Shown here: piece by piece, positions 1-13,460 of the stretch
Numbering within the stretch: position 1 is the first letter of the stretch
Layout: every line of letters starts with the position of its first letter
Source: the human T2T-CHM13v2.0 reference genome, Homo sapiens
Strand: one strand, 5' to 3'
Length of the DNA: 64,000 nucleotides
Assembly: GCF_009914755.1 (NCBI RefSeq)
Contig: NC_060925.1
Notes under the pieces: model-generated
Told to the model about the DNA's origin: nothing
Database searches by the model: none
The model's input: only the letters and a program-made list of their open reading frames with translations
Program-made: the position numbers and the translations under genes

Positions 1-1260
1 CATGTTTGCTCATGGAGCAGATTACTCCTTGGCTGGCCAACAGACTTAATTGTTTAAAATTATCCTAGCCAAAAAGCCAAGGCTAATCTGCTGCCTATAA
101 AGCTCACATAACATCTTTGGTGTTTTGGCCTGGGATAGGTGACAGATTTTCTATTGTCCTGGTTACCTTCCTCCCAGGAATGAGATCACAAGCAACGTCA
201 TGGAGTCATTACTACTATATACACTCTACAGGTCAGAGATTGGTCATGGGTTCTGCAGGAAGGAACCCTAGAAAACTTTGAAAGGGAAGTCCAGTCACTC
301 CCAGGGTTCAACTCTTGTGGATCTGAGGATGTAAGTGGAAATTATTTGTACATATAGGAAGAACAGCTTGTCACCCGGTTAGAGACTGTTCTTACCATAA
401 TGGACACAGGCATTGCATATAGTTGGGAAATACTGGTATTTGCAGCTGCGAGGAATTGTAATGCTTTAGAGGAGACAGTGTGATGGGACAAAGCAGGAAA
501 CAATCAGTTCCAAAGATGTGAAAGTACTTCCCATAGGTCTTAAACAATAAGTTGAATATTTATGAATGTCGGAGATATACATGCAGAAGAGCATGATAGG
601 AAAAGGGGATGAAGTGTTCAAAAGTACCTAGGAAACAATGGGGAATTTCAGGAGACCACATATAATGTAATGTGTCTATCAACAATAGTGATTGCTATCA
701 TTTGTCAAGTGCCTACTTTATAGGAAGAACTGTATTAAACTTTTCTCAACAATTCAACATGATCCAGTTCCTATACCAAATCCCCATCTAAGAAATAATA
801 ATCTGACTCCAGAATTCTGAAGACCAATTCAAATATTTCTTAACTATTTCTTTAAAGGAATAGCATAAGACTCTTATGTAGTACCTTATAGAAGAAACTT
901 TTTACAAGCCTTTGTAGGTGGTTCTCTCCCAAAAGATTCCCAATCTAGGAAGCTACTAAAATGCTCCTCTTTCTGTCTCTGCTGCTGTCTCAGAACCATG
1001 CTGTTCCTTTCTCCATTTCCTCACTCCCTGTGTCATTTAGATCCAGGATGCCTGCAGTAAAATTAGTCCTCTGGAAATCTCCCTTTCCTGTCTGCTGATG
1101 CAGACCCTCCAAAAGCACTGCAGGACTTCATGACAAACACAGTCCTTGTGAAGGATCCTTTCTTCTTGCTGAGAAAACAAGCTGAGCCCTTACTCTTACT
1201 CTGCTCTTCTGGGGAACAGCAATCCACTACCTAAATTCTGCATAGCGAGAATGAACTCTT

Positions 1261-1263
<3 letters not shown>

Positions 1264-1314
<51 letters not shown>

Positions 1315-1556
1315 GTATATATACATATATACATGTATATATATGTATATATACGTGTATATATGTATATATATGTATATATGTATATATATGTGTATAT
1401 ATGTATATATATACGTTATATATATACATATATATGTATATATATACGTATATATATATACATATATACGTATATATATACATATATATACGTATATATA
1501 TACATATATATACGTATATATATACATATATACACATATATATATATATATATATA
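1264..1556. repeat. Compound (TA)n / (TATG, TACG, TACA)-interrupted microsatellite
   Basis: Pure (TA)n at 1264-1309, then alternating purine-pyrimidine variants. Explains the five Y/I/H-rich ORFs at 1196-1724. Confidence 0.97.
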
Positions 1557-1679
1557 CAGAATGCTTACTCCTTTGTAGGTGGCATGGGGATAGAAACGGA
1601 AGAGAGAGATTATAATTATTTGAACATTAATACTTTTATTCCCATTACAATAAATTTCAACAGTGATGATGACAGATTA

Positions 1680-1846
1680 TACCTACTGAGCACTTTGCAT
1701 TGGGCATTCTTCTTAGTGGTTTAGTTTTTCTAAGCACTTCAAATCCTGAAAACAATCCTGTGAAGTAGATTCTATTGTACCCCCTTTTACATATGAGGAA
1801 ACCAAGGTACAGCAAAGTTAAGTAACTTTCCCAAGATCATACAGCT
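1680..1846 (-). mobile_element. MIR SINE
   Basis: Reverse-complement MIR core: ccccttttacatatgaggaaaccaaggtacagcaaagttaagtaactttcccaagatcatacagct. Confidence 0.85.
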
Positions 1847-1889
1847 CATTATATTATAATTATAATTATAATTATAATTATAATTATAA

Positions 1890-2102
1890 GAGGAGGCCAA
1901 AGAGCTAGCTTGCCCTCTTTCTGTCATGAGAAATTACAAGAAGTTTGATGTCTGCAACCCAGATGAGGGCCCTCACCAAAACAGAAATATGCTGGCACTC
2001 TGATCTCAGACTTTCAGCCTCTAGGAATGTGAAAAATAAATTTCTGTAGCTTTTAATCCACCCAATCTATGGTACTTTGTTATACCAACCTGAACTAAGA
2101 CA
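1890..2102 (+). mobile_element. MaLR LTR 3' half (MLT1A/MST-like)
   Basis: gctggcactctgatctcagactttcagcctctaggaatgtgaaaaataaatttctg...gaactaagaca, a typical MaLR LTR end with AATAAA and terminal CA. Confidence 0.85.
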
Positions 2103-3014
2103 CCAAACTAATGCACTCTGATTAGTCTGATGGTATATACTGATGACCTTTGAACCATGCTGAGCTTAGTCTTAATAAGAAGTAATATTGCATATTATTA
2201 AAGTTTTTCAAGTATCATGGAGAAGGAATAAAAGCCATGATGCCCTCCCTGCTCTACTTAGAATAGGTGAGGCATGATGAGAGAGGAATATGATTAGGCA
2301 GGTTTCAGATTTTCTTCAAGTATCTTGTCCATCATGCTAAGGAGTTTTGGTTTAATCTAAATATAATGGGGGACATTAATAGTATCTAATCTGGGGAATA
2401 AAAAGATCAGGCTATGTTTGAGAAAAATCTTACAGAAATTGTACTGCCAGCTCTCTGCATTCATAGATTATACACTTATTGTTGTCAAATTTGAGCAGCC
2501 TCAATGATTCCTGACTTGAAATATTTTGGGATTTTGCTGAGGCATGAACCTGAACCCCATGCCATATGAGGCCGGAATGGAAAGAACTATTGAGAAAGCC
2601 TGGGGTCTGTTAGTAACTATGGTCCAACTCTGTATCCTCGTATCAAGGATCTAAGTCCCTAGTATTAGCACTTTCCCAAATCACATCATACCTGTAATAA
2701 TGTAATAATTTTGCTGATTTTTTATATTCTTAATTGCTCTTTGAGCCTGTCCTACATCCCATGGTCCTATCAGTCTTCCTGTAACTATATATAACTTAGA
2801 ATAATAAGGCCTCATATTTTATCTGATTTTTTCAAATAATTTATACTTTCACTCTCTAATTTTTCCTTCACAACAATCCTAAATTAGGCAGGGATGGTAT
2901 ATAGTTTAGTAAAAGTAGACTTTTACCATTTTGGAAAAATTAAGGGACCAAAGAAGGATCAACTAGTTAAGTAGTGATGGAGTCAAAACAAGAATTTATA
3001 GTTTATTTTATGAG

Positions 3015-3150
3015 CACGGAGGTGTTATGGAAATGTTCTGCATCTTTATTGTTTCAGTAGTTTTACAAGCATGTAAATTTGTCAAAAGTAATCAAATTGC
3101 ATGTTTTAATAGATGTGCTTCATCCAACACAAATTATACATAAATAATAT
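3015..3150 (+). mobile_element. Old L1M 3'-end fragment
   Basis: ggtgttatggaaatgttctgcatctt...atttgtcaaaag...aaattgca resembles the L1MC/MD/ME 3' terminus. Confidence 0.6.
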
Positions 3151-5584
3151 TTTAATAAGTTTAGTTTAAAAAACAGATCTACTGTTATTAACTTTAACAG
3201 TGCTAGAATTAAAATCTATCTGTTTCATTTTGGACTTTATCAAAAATCAAACAAAATAAAAAGTACTTCCAATTGTATATTTTCTACAACATTGAATTTA
3301 AACTAACTCAAAAGTTTTTCACAATTAAATTCCATATTACTTTTGTAGTCTGATTCCAACTCTTACACCTATTTCCACTTCCTATTCCTACCTCCATTCC
3401 TTTTCTGCATAAACTCTGCTACATCCAAACTATACAACTATACATTCCCTGAATCAAAAGGAGGTCTCTGTACTTTGGTTCATGTTAGACTTGGCCATGA
3501 GAAACCACCTTCCACCTCCTCATACACACCCAAATTTTTATATTTCCCACTTTCCCCCTCCTCATACACACCCAAATTGTTTATATCCTGCTTTCTCATT
3601 CCTATCTTCAAGATTGTTCTGATAGCCTTGCCTTGGTGGTTACTTTTCTTTCCTTCATTCATATAGCATGTATTGCTTTTTATCATTTGGACGTTTAGTT
3701 CTTTCGTTTAGTCACACATTTTTTCTGTGCCTCTTACGTGCCAATGATTTTGTAAACATATGTGTTTGTTCTTTATCCTGTCAAACTACTTAGATTACAA
3801 TTTCTCAGTCCTATGAAAAATTATATGCTTGGTATCCCCAGTATACTTTAAATAAATAATAGGCACCCACTTAAGATTGTATGATGTCGTTCAAAGAGCC
3901 CTGGACAGGGAAATAGAAAACCTATTCTCTGGGCTCAGACTCACTAGATGAGCAAGTTGAGGTATAGTCAACTTTTCTGAACTTAAATTTTCACATTTTT
4001 GATTGGGAAAACTATATTAATTATGATACTTAGTTCTGACAGTCCAATGAAGCAATGTATGTACAAGTGCATTCTAAAACACTGTGTTCCTTCTGCAATT
4101 GTGGTGCAACTCTGTGTCAACCTTTCTTCAACTTTTACTGCTTCTTTAGACAGTCAACAATTTATTTATGTGTTGAAGGTAATCCATGCATCAATACATC
4201 GATTGATCCACAATTCATACATCCCATATCAAAGCTGATGCTCTATTATGCACAATAATTTAATCTAATTTATAGAGTAAACCTGACTTTCTTTCTCTGC
4301 CTGTTTCTGATCAACTTTTAGGAATGGCCCAACTAAAAAATATTACAAAGACTAGAAAAAAATTTGGTTAATTGAGCACTTTTGTTTTCCAGCAGCAAAA
4401 TTCAACTCTTGATCAAAGAAGCTACCCTAGTCTGGCTAGCTCTGATTAAAAATTCAGTAATTCCACTATCTATGGATAATTAACTAAAATGTTCACAGAG
4501 TGGTGGGATGCTACTATGATTCATTTTAATATGCTTTTGTTTAATATTGGTAATGGAGTAAATATAATGCACTAGTTTATAAATTATGCTGAAGATAATT
4601 TTAATTCTTTTGAATTAAATATATCCTCTTCTAATTTAATTTTATACATGTAAAGTTTATTATAGATGTGACTAATGTTTACCAATTTTCAGGATACTCT
4701 GGGAACCTGGTACTTTATTAACTAGATTTCTACTTCCAAATTATTTCTACTATTTTCTTCTTTTAAAAATATAGCATTCATGCTTGAATTTACCAAATAC
4801 TTATTTACCTGTGCTACTTTTTGCCAGATACTACTTTACCTAGTACTCCAACTTAATATGTTCTTCTACAAACTCTCCATTCATTTGGGTTAGTTGATGC
4901 AAACAAGTGGTTATTTATTTACTTGCAATGATTCAAGTAACATTAGGATGAGTCATTTACTTGCAAAGATTAAAGTGACTGAATCAAGTAAAGTGAGCTG
5001 TTGGTCACGTTAAACCATCTATCTGGTGACCTCTGTGCATTGTCATGCAAAATCAAGCAAGAAAGCCATGCTTTTTAAAGTGGGAATGTGCTACCTAAGC
5101 AGAACAGTAAGAAGACCTCTGCAGACACAGATCAGATGAAGGACATTCACTCTGCTCAGTAAATCTATGGGGCTTGAGAGGCTTTTCCTGACCTGGTAAT
5201 GTGCTGAAATTGCAAGAAATTCTTGTAGGAAAATGATGTGTGATAGGGGAAGGGTAAAATACACTGCCCCACCTGCATTTGTCTTGACATAGCCAAGTTT
5301 CTCCATTTTTCCATCCCACATCTAGAAGTAGTAACATTTTTTACCTTCACATCTCAAAGGACTCTTCTGAGCATCAAAAGGGATCACATAGATAATAATA
5401 TGAAGGAAAATGTAAAATTGAATACAAATATGAAAATCATAGTTTTCTGTTTCCATCCCTACCCATAAACTAATGAATGACATTCAGGATGAAAGATATG
5501 CAAGGGTAGCTGAGGTCCTGATTCCCCTGATCAGGGATTTTCTGAGGGAAAAGAAGCTTAAAATTTTGTTATTACTCCACTTAA

Positions 5585-5960
5585 AATTAATAAACATGCA
5601 TTGAGAACCTACATGTGTGTATAGAACATTATGATGACTACTACTGGGAATATAGGTGATTAGTTGGGCCTCTTGTATACAAAGAAAAACTGAAAACTAA
5701 ATGAAAGAAACACTGTACAACTGGAAATTCTCTAAGACATTTGCACAAGCAGAGAGAAGGAGAATTTTTTAGCAGAGTCTGAAAGATGAATAAGAGCTTG
5801 AGAAGAGGAGAAAGCACAGAGGAACCAACCACATTCATTAAGATAACAGCATAAGCAAAGGGATAGAAGTATGATTGGATAGTACACTGGGAGGATGAAG
5901 AAGAGAAACACTAAGACGTTGGATGCAAGAGGGGAATAGAGTGAAAAGTTTGATACATTA
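5585..5960 (-). mobile_element. L2 fragment
   Basis: aataaacatgcattgagaacctacatgtgtg followed by purine-rich decayed L2 antisense sequence. Confidence 0.5.
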
Positions 5961-6709
5961 GGGCAAGGTTAGAGGCTCCTAATATGATTTTATGTTCACT
6001 TGCCAGTCAGACCAGCAAAATGACAATACTTCGGTCCGAATATTTGAATTCTAGAGACCAGTCTTTCCACATTAAATCCCTTTTATCAAACTTTACATCT
6101 GAGCAGCTTTAGGGATGTTTGGCACTTCTCCGTCTCCTAGAAAATGTTCAGAGCCACGGAACCCAAATTAGATATTACTTTGATCAAATTGCCACTGAGC
6201 TCAAGAAAAGGTTCTCTTCATGCTCTGTCACCCAACAAAACAAATAAGTATCAACCAAAAAATTACTTGTGAAGAGAATATTAAAGAACTGAAGTTGAAC
6301 ACGTTTTCCAAAAGCCAACTGCCTAAAAGTCATTAAAGGATTCCTTAGAAATTTTCCATGAGGACAGTATGTTTTTACACATGTGAATAATGTGCATGAT
6401 GAAATTATAGAATGGAGACATGCAGCTAAAATGTAAAATTGAAATGCTCATTGTCAATATCAAATAGTTTCTGAGTGTCTTCCCACCTTACATTTACATG
6501 GACAAGCAACTTCAGATTCTTCCTAGTAACAAGGTTTAGTTCAAGCATCTAAAATGAAAAATGAATGAATCCCATTACATTTACAATTGGTGCCAGTTTT
6601 ACTGAAGATTATAACTTGATGAAGCCACCATATATCAATAATTTTGACTTAAATTATTCAGAACAAAACCCCTCATTTCTACCAAAAATCTTCCTCTAAC
6701 ACAGTCTTA

Positions 6710-6950
6710 TAGTATTAGTCAGAACAGGCCATGTTGTAGTAACAAACAACTCCTACATTTCAGTGATTAAAGCAACAAATGTTAATTTTTCACTCATACA
6801 TCATGTAAATAAATGATAAGCTGCAGTTCTGCCTCCACGTCACCCTCCCTGTGAGACTCAGGCTAACGGAGCAACAACTATTTGAGACGTGAATTATCAA
6901 TGTAGAAGACAGAGTTATGGGGGATCTCTGTTGGCAACTAAATGCTTGGT
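6710..6950 (-). mobile_element. Old MLT1 (J/K/L-like) LTR fragment
   Basis: tattagtcagaacaggccatgttgtagtaacaaacaactcc...aaagcaacaaatgttaatttttcactcat. Confidence 0.6.
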
Positions 6951-7927
6951 TGTCAAATAAGACTACATTTTATTATCTAATTCAAGCTTAGGGTTATATC
7001 ACATATTTTTTATCTTCTCACAAATATATGTTAACACAGATTCTTAGTTATTTTAACAGACTCATCTGAAATAATTTATTCCTCAAACTGCACTTGTGAA
7101 AACTGTAGGGCTATATTTATTCCTAAAAGGTATTTTCTTGATCTTTTTTGCATTAGTGATTTAAGTGTATGAAACATATATTATATAAACTATATTTCCA
7201 GCTTTGGGTCATGTTCTTAATAGTATTTGTTGGTATATGTGGAGTACATTTTTAAAAACTTGACAGAAAGGAAATTATTCTTCTGAACCAAATTAGTTTA
7301 AAGTTCTTTCAAGCATTAAAGTCAATATTTCAACCACTTTAATCTCAGTTCTAAGCTCTAGAAACATCTTTTTCATGATTAGTCTCACAATACCAAGTTT
7401 CTTGAAAATGCTAAGTATGCAAATAAGACTTGAGCTTAATTTCTAGGTTACATTTAGATAATTAAGAGATTCAATATAGATTCTAAATCTTATCAGACCA
7501 AAAGGAGCATAGTTATAGAACAGATAAAAGTGGAAGAACAATAGTAAAATCAGAAATTTTATAATGGTGAATTAAATTAATGGTTAACCAGGATGTTATT
7601 GTTGGTCAGTAAAAAGCCGATTCAATCTGAAAATATTTTTCTGACTTGTCTTCCAACATACTCAAAAATTTATTTTTCAAAATTTATTAAGTGATTTTTT
7701 TTTGTATCAGACCCTTTGCATAGAGAAACACATGATATGGCCACTGCTTCAGGAAATATGTTCCCTAGGTGGGATGAATGGCCAATGTGTTAATAATTCT
7801 ATTCAGTTGTGTGGCAGAGTCTGGGCTCTAAGTACAGTGGGGCCACAAATGGAATGGTCAATTCTACCTAAGTGGTCAGAAAAAGCTTCACAGAAGATGA
7901 CATAAGAAGAGTTTTTCGAAATGAACA

Positions 7928-8213
7928 GGTTGGATGCAGTGGCTCATGCCTGTAATCTCAGTACTTTGGGAGGCCAAGACAGACAGATCCCTTGAGTTTA
8001 GGAGTTTGAGGCTAGCCAGGGCAACATTGCAATATCCCATCTCTACAAAAAAATGCAAAAAATTAGCAGGGCATGAGTGCACCTACTCGGGAGGCTAAGG
8101 TGGAAGAATCACCTGACCCCAGGAGTCAGCCGTGATAGCACCACTGCACTCCAGCCTGAGCAACACAGTAGACCCTGTCTCAAAAAAAAAAAAAAAAAAA
8201 ATTTAAAAAAAAA
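7928..8213 (+). mobile_element. AluJ-like SINE with right-arm deletions
   Basis: ggttggatgcagtggctcatgcctgtaatctcagtactttgggagg...ccactgcactccagcctg...gtctc followed by a poly(A) tail. Flanks AAATGAACA / AAAGAACA resemble a TSD. Confidence 0.93.
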
Positions 8214-11200
8214 GAACAGATGTTCGCTCTTTGAAAACTTTAAACTCTAGCAGAAATAGGACTAAATATTAATCATCCTGTTCCACAAAGGTACTTGTTT
8301 ACATTTGCCTTCTATAATTAAAATGGAATCCCATAAGGATCTCTATTCTTGGATATTTCACTGCTCCACATTTCAAGTCTAATTGCTTTGCTGTGTTCAA
8401 AAATTTGAACATACATTTAAACATATTGATTTATATTTAAACTGATTTGAGTATATTGGAAGAAGAGAAAAGTGATATCAAGATTGTAAATCACAAATAT
8501 TACATTTAGTTATTGATACTTTACTACTACCAGAACTATTTATCCAGATCCAGCTGTGGAGAAACAGGATGGATCTATTTATTGCCCCAACCAAAGCAAG
8601 ATCAAAGCTGGAGAAATTAGCCTTATGTGGGATGATCAAAATTCTAGTGGGTAGAATCATAGTAGTGAGTCTGAACTAAAGTCCCAGAGTATGAGACCCA
8701 AGCCAGAAACGCAGGATCAGTCAACAAGTCCAAAGGTCAGTTTCAGGGTCCAAACAAGAAGACTGAAACAGCAGTAAGTTTGCCAGCAGTGATGAGAAAC
8801 CACAGAGGTTAGAAGCAGCACAGGAAACATTCTAGACTGTCTTAAGTGGAATTGTAATGACATTAACATCGTGCTTACTGTTAGAGTATATTTAACGCTA
8901 CACACAGTAAATGTTTAGAAGTGCATAACTTCTAAACATTTATTGATCTAGTATATATTCCTTTTGTTGTATAAAGGAAAAACCTCTGGTATAAAAAGAA
9001 AAAAAGAATTTATTACAAGAACACCGAAGTAGCTAATATAATCAAACGAATAACTATGACTTGAGATAAAAAGGCAGCAGACAGGCCCAAAGACCACTGT
9101 AGCAAGGATTCATAGACCTTTACTGTAGACACAGCTCCAGGGTCAAGTGTCTTCCCCTGTATCAATAAACTATGGTCAGTAGGCCCAGGTCATGTAATCC
9201 AGAAGAAGGAAAATCAGTGTGAGCTAAATCATCCGAGAGATGGTTTCTATATTTTCTCGCAGTTAGCGGTTAAATACAGATGTGAGAGTAACATTTGGTT
9301 GTAGGCTACAGCCACATCCAAGTATGAAACTAAGCAACGTGGCTATTATATCAGCACAAAACCTACTGGGTGACTGAAATTAAACCAGTAGATTTCCCTT
9401 ACCTCCTTGTCTTTTTGAGGTCAGTGTTTGCTTTAATGAGTTTCTGAATAAAGCTAGTCTATGGCATAAGTTTAAGCTATTTGTATAGTAGCATTATGAG
9501 GTCAGAAAATGGCATTAAGAAGATACCTGGCTTCTATGGGTTCCAAACACCTAGAAAAATGCTACCCGTGGAGGACTTACTAAATGTTTGCTGGATAATT
9601 TTAAAAATGAATACATGTTTCCTCTGGGAACTCTCAACTTCTAGTGATATCTAAAATACAGCAGTCTTTCTGACTGGACATTGTAGATAGTAAATACAAC
9701 TCTCTTGAGACAACCTCATAATGGCTGGCACAAAATCAAATAAAGCTTGTAATTACATACAGGAATCTAAGTGCTTCTGGATGAGAAAGCACATCAACTA
9801 AGGGGAAGTCAGAGTATCTTCCAAGATCCAACAGGAGTCTTGAGTCACAGGCTAAGATACTGATCTGTAGAGCAAGCAATCATTGTAAAGTCAATTGCAT
9901 GACAGTTTTATCCCTTATTATTATATTTCCCTTTGCCTAAGGCTTTATTCAGGAAAGAATTCTTTTTGAAAATCCAATAAGATTATTGCTTCTTTTTATT
10001 TCCTTTACACGGCCATAGCACATGTTTGGCTTTATTCCCATAATTTATCAGCCCTTGGTCCTCAGGCACAAGAATTTTGTAGCATAGTACAATAAATAGT
10101 GACCAGAATAAGCCAGGGCCTGTGGGACACTAGCAGTAGCAACTTAATAAACGTTGAGTTTGTTGCTTCTGGACAATCTTTTTTGATGACACAATTTAAT
10201 TCTCAACACATCTTAAAGAGAGAACAATTTTCACTATTCTCACCGTAAATTTATTAAGGATCCGAAGAGCTTAAAGAAATTAAGCCATTTTCCTTGCAAT
10301 ATGAGAATAGCAGGGCTGAAATCAAAGAGAACCATAGTCAGAGCTTAAACCTTGGACAATTATCAACTGCCCATAAACCTTGTCCTCACTCAAGGTCAAA
10401 GTTTTCCATTGGGGAAACTTCTTATTAAACTTCTTTCAAAAATTGACTTAAGTAACAGAATGTAACTCTAGGGAGAGACTTTCATTTTGAACACATCTTG
10501 CTTATCCACAGTGGAGACAGCAATCAGTGAGCTAAGTTGCTTCCATTGACCTGACTACTGCTCCTTTGAGTATCCTCAAAGTTAGCTCTCCCATAAGGCA
10601 TAGGCAGCTCAGTAATTGTGAAACAGCAGGGAATAGAATATTTGCCCCAGGAGATATTTCTTAAAGGAGTTTCATGGTCATCTTCCTTATAATATGGGGA
10701 TTCTAAAAACTTGGAAATTGTAGAAGTGTGTTAGTCTATTAAAAGCTTTGATAATTCTTTGATACAGTAAAGAAACTCATTTAACACAAGATCTCCCAAA
10801 CACATTGACCATGCAATCCCTCCTCATAGAATATGTCTTGCGGAACATGCTTTGGAAAATGTTACCATGAAGAATTAGGAGAGCAGATGGTGCTCTTCCT
10901 CAAAGATATTGGGTGTCTGATAATCAGTGAGATACCTTTCAGGGTTAATGCCTTCTAGGTGACTTCCTGTACAAACAGCAGCCATCCCACCAGACCCACT
11001 AGCATATCATAACTCAGAAACAAGCAAATTCATCAGGTCAGTTTCAAAGTCTGCCTTAAAGCCTGAGAAATATAGAATGTACATGCTGCAGCAGCTCCAT
11101 TAGAAAACAGAAATACGTGATTTGCTCATGGGAAAGTAAGAGAACAAAAGAATATGTGATTAATTGAAGTACTGGCTCCCACACTTGGAGCCCACAGCTG

Positions 11201-12009
11201 GAGTCATTTAGCACATTAATAGAGATGATGACACTAAAAGAAGAAAAAAGGTGGAGGAAAAGGATGAGGAAGAAAATACAGGATAAGGGGTTGAGGAGGA
11301 GACAAGGAAGTAGCTGACAAAAAGAAAAAGATAACTCAAAGCAAGCCTACTGTGAAAATTTTTATAGTTTCAATTTAGAAGTAAGTGTAGATGTTTTGGT
11401 AATTGAGCATTTGGAACACTGGGAAAAAAAGTTTTTATTTCCAGGAATGTTATGGGTCCTTTCACCCTGGGAAAGCTCAGTCCTGAAGTTCATTAACACT
11501 ATTGAGGTTTTGGAACACTACTGAGGCTGAAGAAAATACTTCTACCCTGTAGCTATAATTATCCAGTAAAAAGGTTAATTTACAAGTGGGAGCAGACTAA
11601 CAAGGATAATGTGAAGAAAGGATCTTAGAGTTACACATCTCTAACATGCAACATACAGACTTCTTCTGTGGATTGACCATCTACAGGGTTAGATGTCCCC
11701 CATATAGCTGAATAACACCAGAAATTTATATAGTTACTCTGAATCACTTAGAGTCAAATAAATCCTGCCTACTACTACAGCCCATGTTCAGTGTGGTAAT
11801 CAGATAAAAGGATGTATTTGGAGTCAAATAATATACCATATGATCTAAGAAATATTTTCTCTTGTGACTTACATTGTGCTCCTTCCATTCAGGGACCCTG
11901 ACTGTAGCCATTTTGGGCTGACTCTGGGAGTTTCCCAGACAAGCTGTTAGATTCCTACATGCCTACCTGCTCATTCTGACAGCACCTACAAAAATGTCTT
12001 TTTCATGAC

Positions 12010-12812
12010 CATGATCTTTTACTACACCCATAATTTCTCTCAACTCTTGATTCAATCCATTAGAAATGTATGTTAGTTCTATTTTTAAAATATATTATAC
12101 CATGATTGCCCCCTCCCATTTCTTGTTGCTATATATCTAATCCAAGTCACCAGCATGTATAGTCTGGATTTCTGCAGTAACTTCCCAATAATTTCTCTCA
12201 TTCCATGTTTTCTCAACACTCTTATCCCCATAATCCATTCTCTATAAAACAAAACCAAATTCTAAGTTTTTAATATCAACTCAGATCTCTTCACATTTTA
12301 TTTCAATGTTTTCCTATTGTGATTATAGCAAAATAAAGCTCTTCGTCATAGCCTAGAGTGTCTTATATTATCTGGCTTCTGCCTATTTCTTTGAATTCAA
12401 CTCCTACACTATCCTGCTTGTTCATTATTACAGTCTAGCCACATTGGCTTTCACTTTGTCTCTGGAACATACCAAGTTGACTCTTCTTCAAAGAATGATC
12501 CTTATTGATCTCACTACCTAGATTGCTTTAATGTGTAGGTCTCCTTATAGGTGCTAGCTCATCTTTCAGATCCTAGTTCAAAACTCATCTCAGAGAAGGC
12601 TTCTCCGATCATCACCACACCCATCCCTCCCCATCACTGTTACCTTATCTATCTTGTTTATGTGTGTTTTTGTAAATCAGACTACTCATTGTAATGTAAG
12701 CTCCAAGAGTGCAGGAACCTTGTCATCTTATTCACTGATGTGTTTTCAGTGCCTAGAAAAGTGATTGACACAAAGTAGGCACTCATAAAATGTTTCCTAG
12801 ATAAATAAATGA
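12010..12812 (+). mobile_element. L2 3' region
   Basis: Ends in gtaagctccaagagtgcaggaaccttgtc...cagtgcctagaaaagtg...agtaggcactcataaaatgttt...ataaataaatga, the L2 3' terminus. Confidence 0.85.
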
Positions 12813-13269
12813 AAAAAAAATGTCATTTGTACTGAAACTCGTTTTGGTCAAATCTTCCAACAGCAGGTAGTCCAAACTAGCCAGGACCTTCTAATAGGAC
12901 TATTGCGTCAGTCTCTCTCCTTGTCTCCCCGTTGTGCATGAGTGGCAGGATGTTCAGTAGTATTAAAAGGTTCCATGGAAACCTGTGTGTCAACAATATG
13001 CTCTAGAATGTCAAGCGATGTGGCTATTTCTGGAGGCAAAAGGAGTAGTTACTAAAGGTAGTTACAAAAGAGTTCCCGAGGATGCTTTGGATTATATATA
13101 AATTTACATTCTCTATAAGGCTTGCTCTATTATTCTGAATCCTATTTCAAGCTCCACTTTGCAGATGGCATAACTCAACACAACCCCAACTAATACTGAT
13201 CTCTCAGCATTTGTGCAAGTAATACCACTACTATTGTCATTGTTTTTTGACTAATATAATACTACAAGT

Positions 13270-13460
13270 TGTACACCATGCCAGGGGAGTTATGTATATG
13301 TTTTATTTAATATTCACAACCTTACGAGATAGATATTATTGTTGTTCATGTTTTTAAAGATGAGGAAACTGAAACTTAGACTTTTCTGTCTGAGGTTGTA
13401 TAATTTAGAAATGAAATCCAGGTCTTCTTGACTCCAGAATCTGAGCTCTTAATTGCTACA
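13270..13460 (-). mobile_element. MIR SINE
   Basis: ttcacaaccttacgagatagatattatt...aaagatgaggaaactgaaacttaga...ccaggtcttcttgactccagaatctgagctcttaa. Confidence 0.8.

Noticed and set aside
1196-1724. Five ORFs of 81-118 aa rich in Y/I/H
   Set aside because: Read-through of a TA-based microsatellite that lacks stops.
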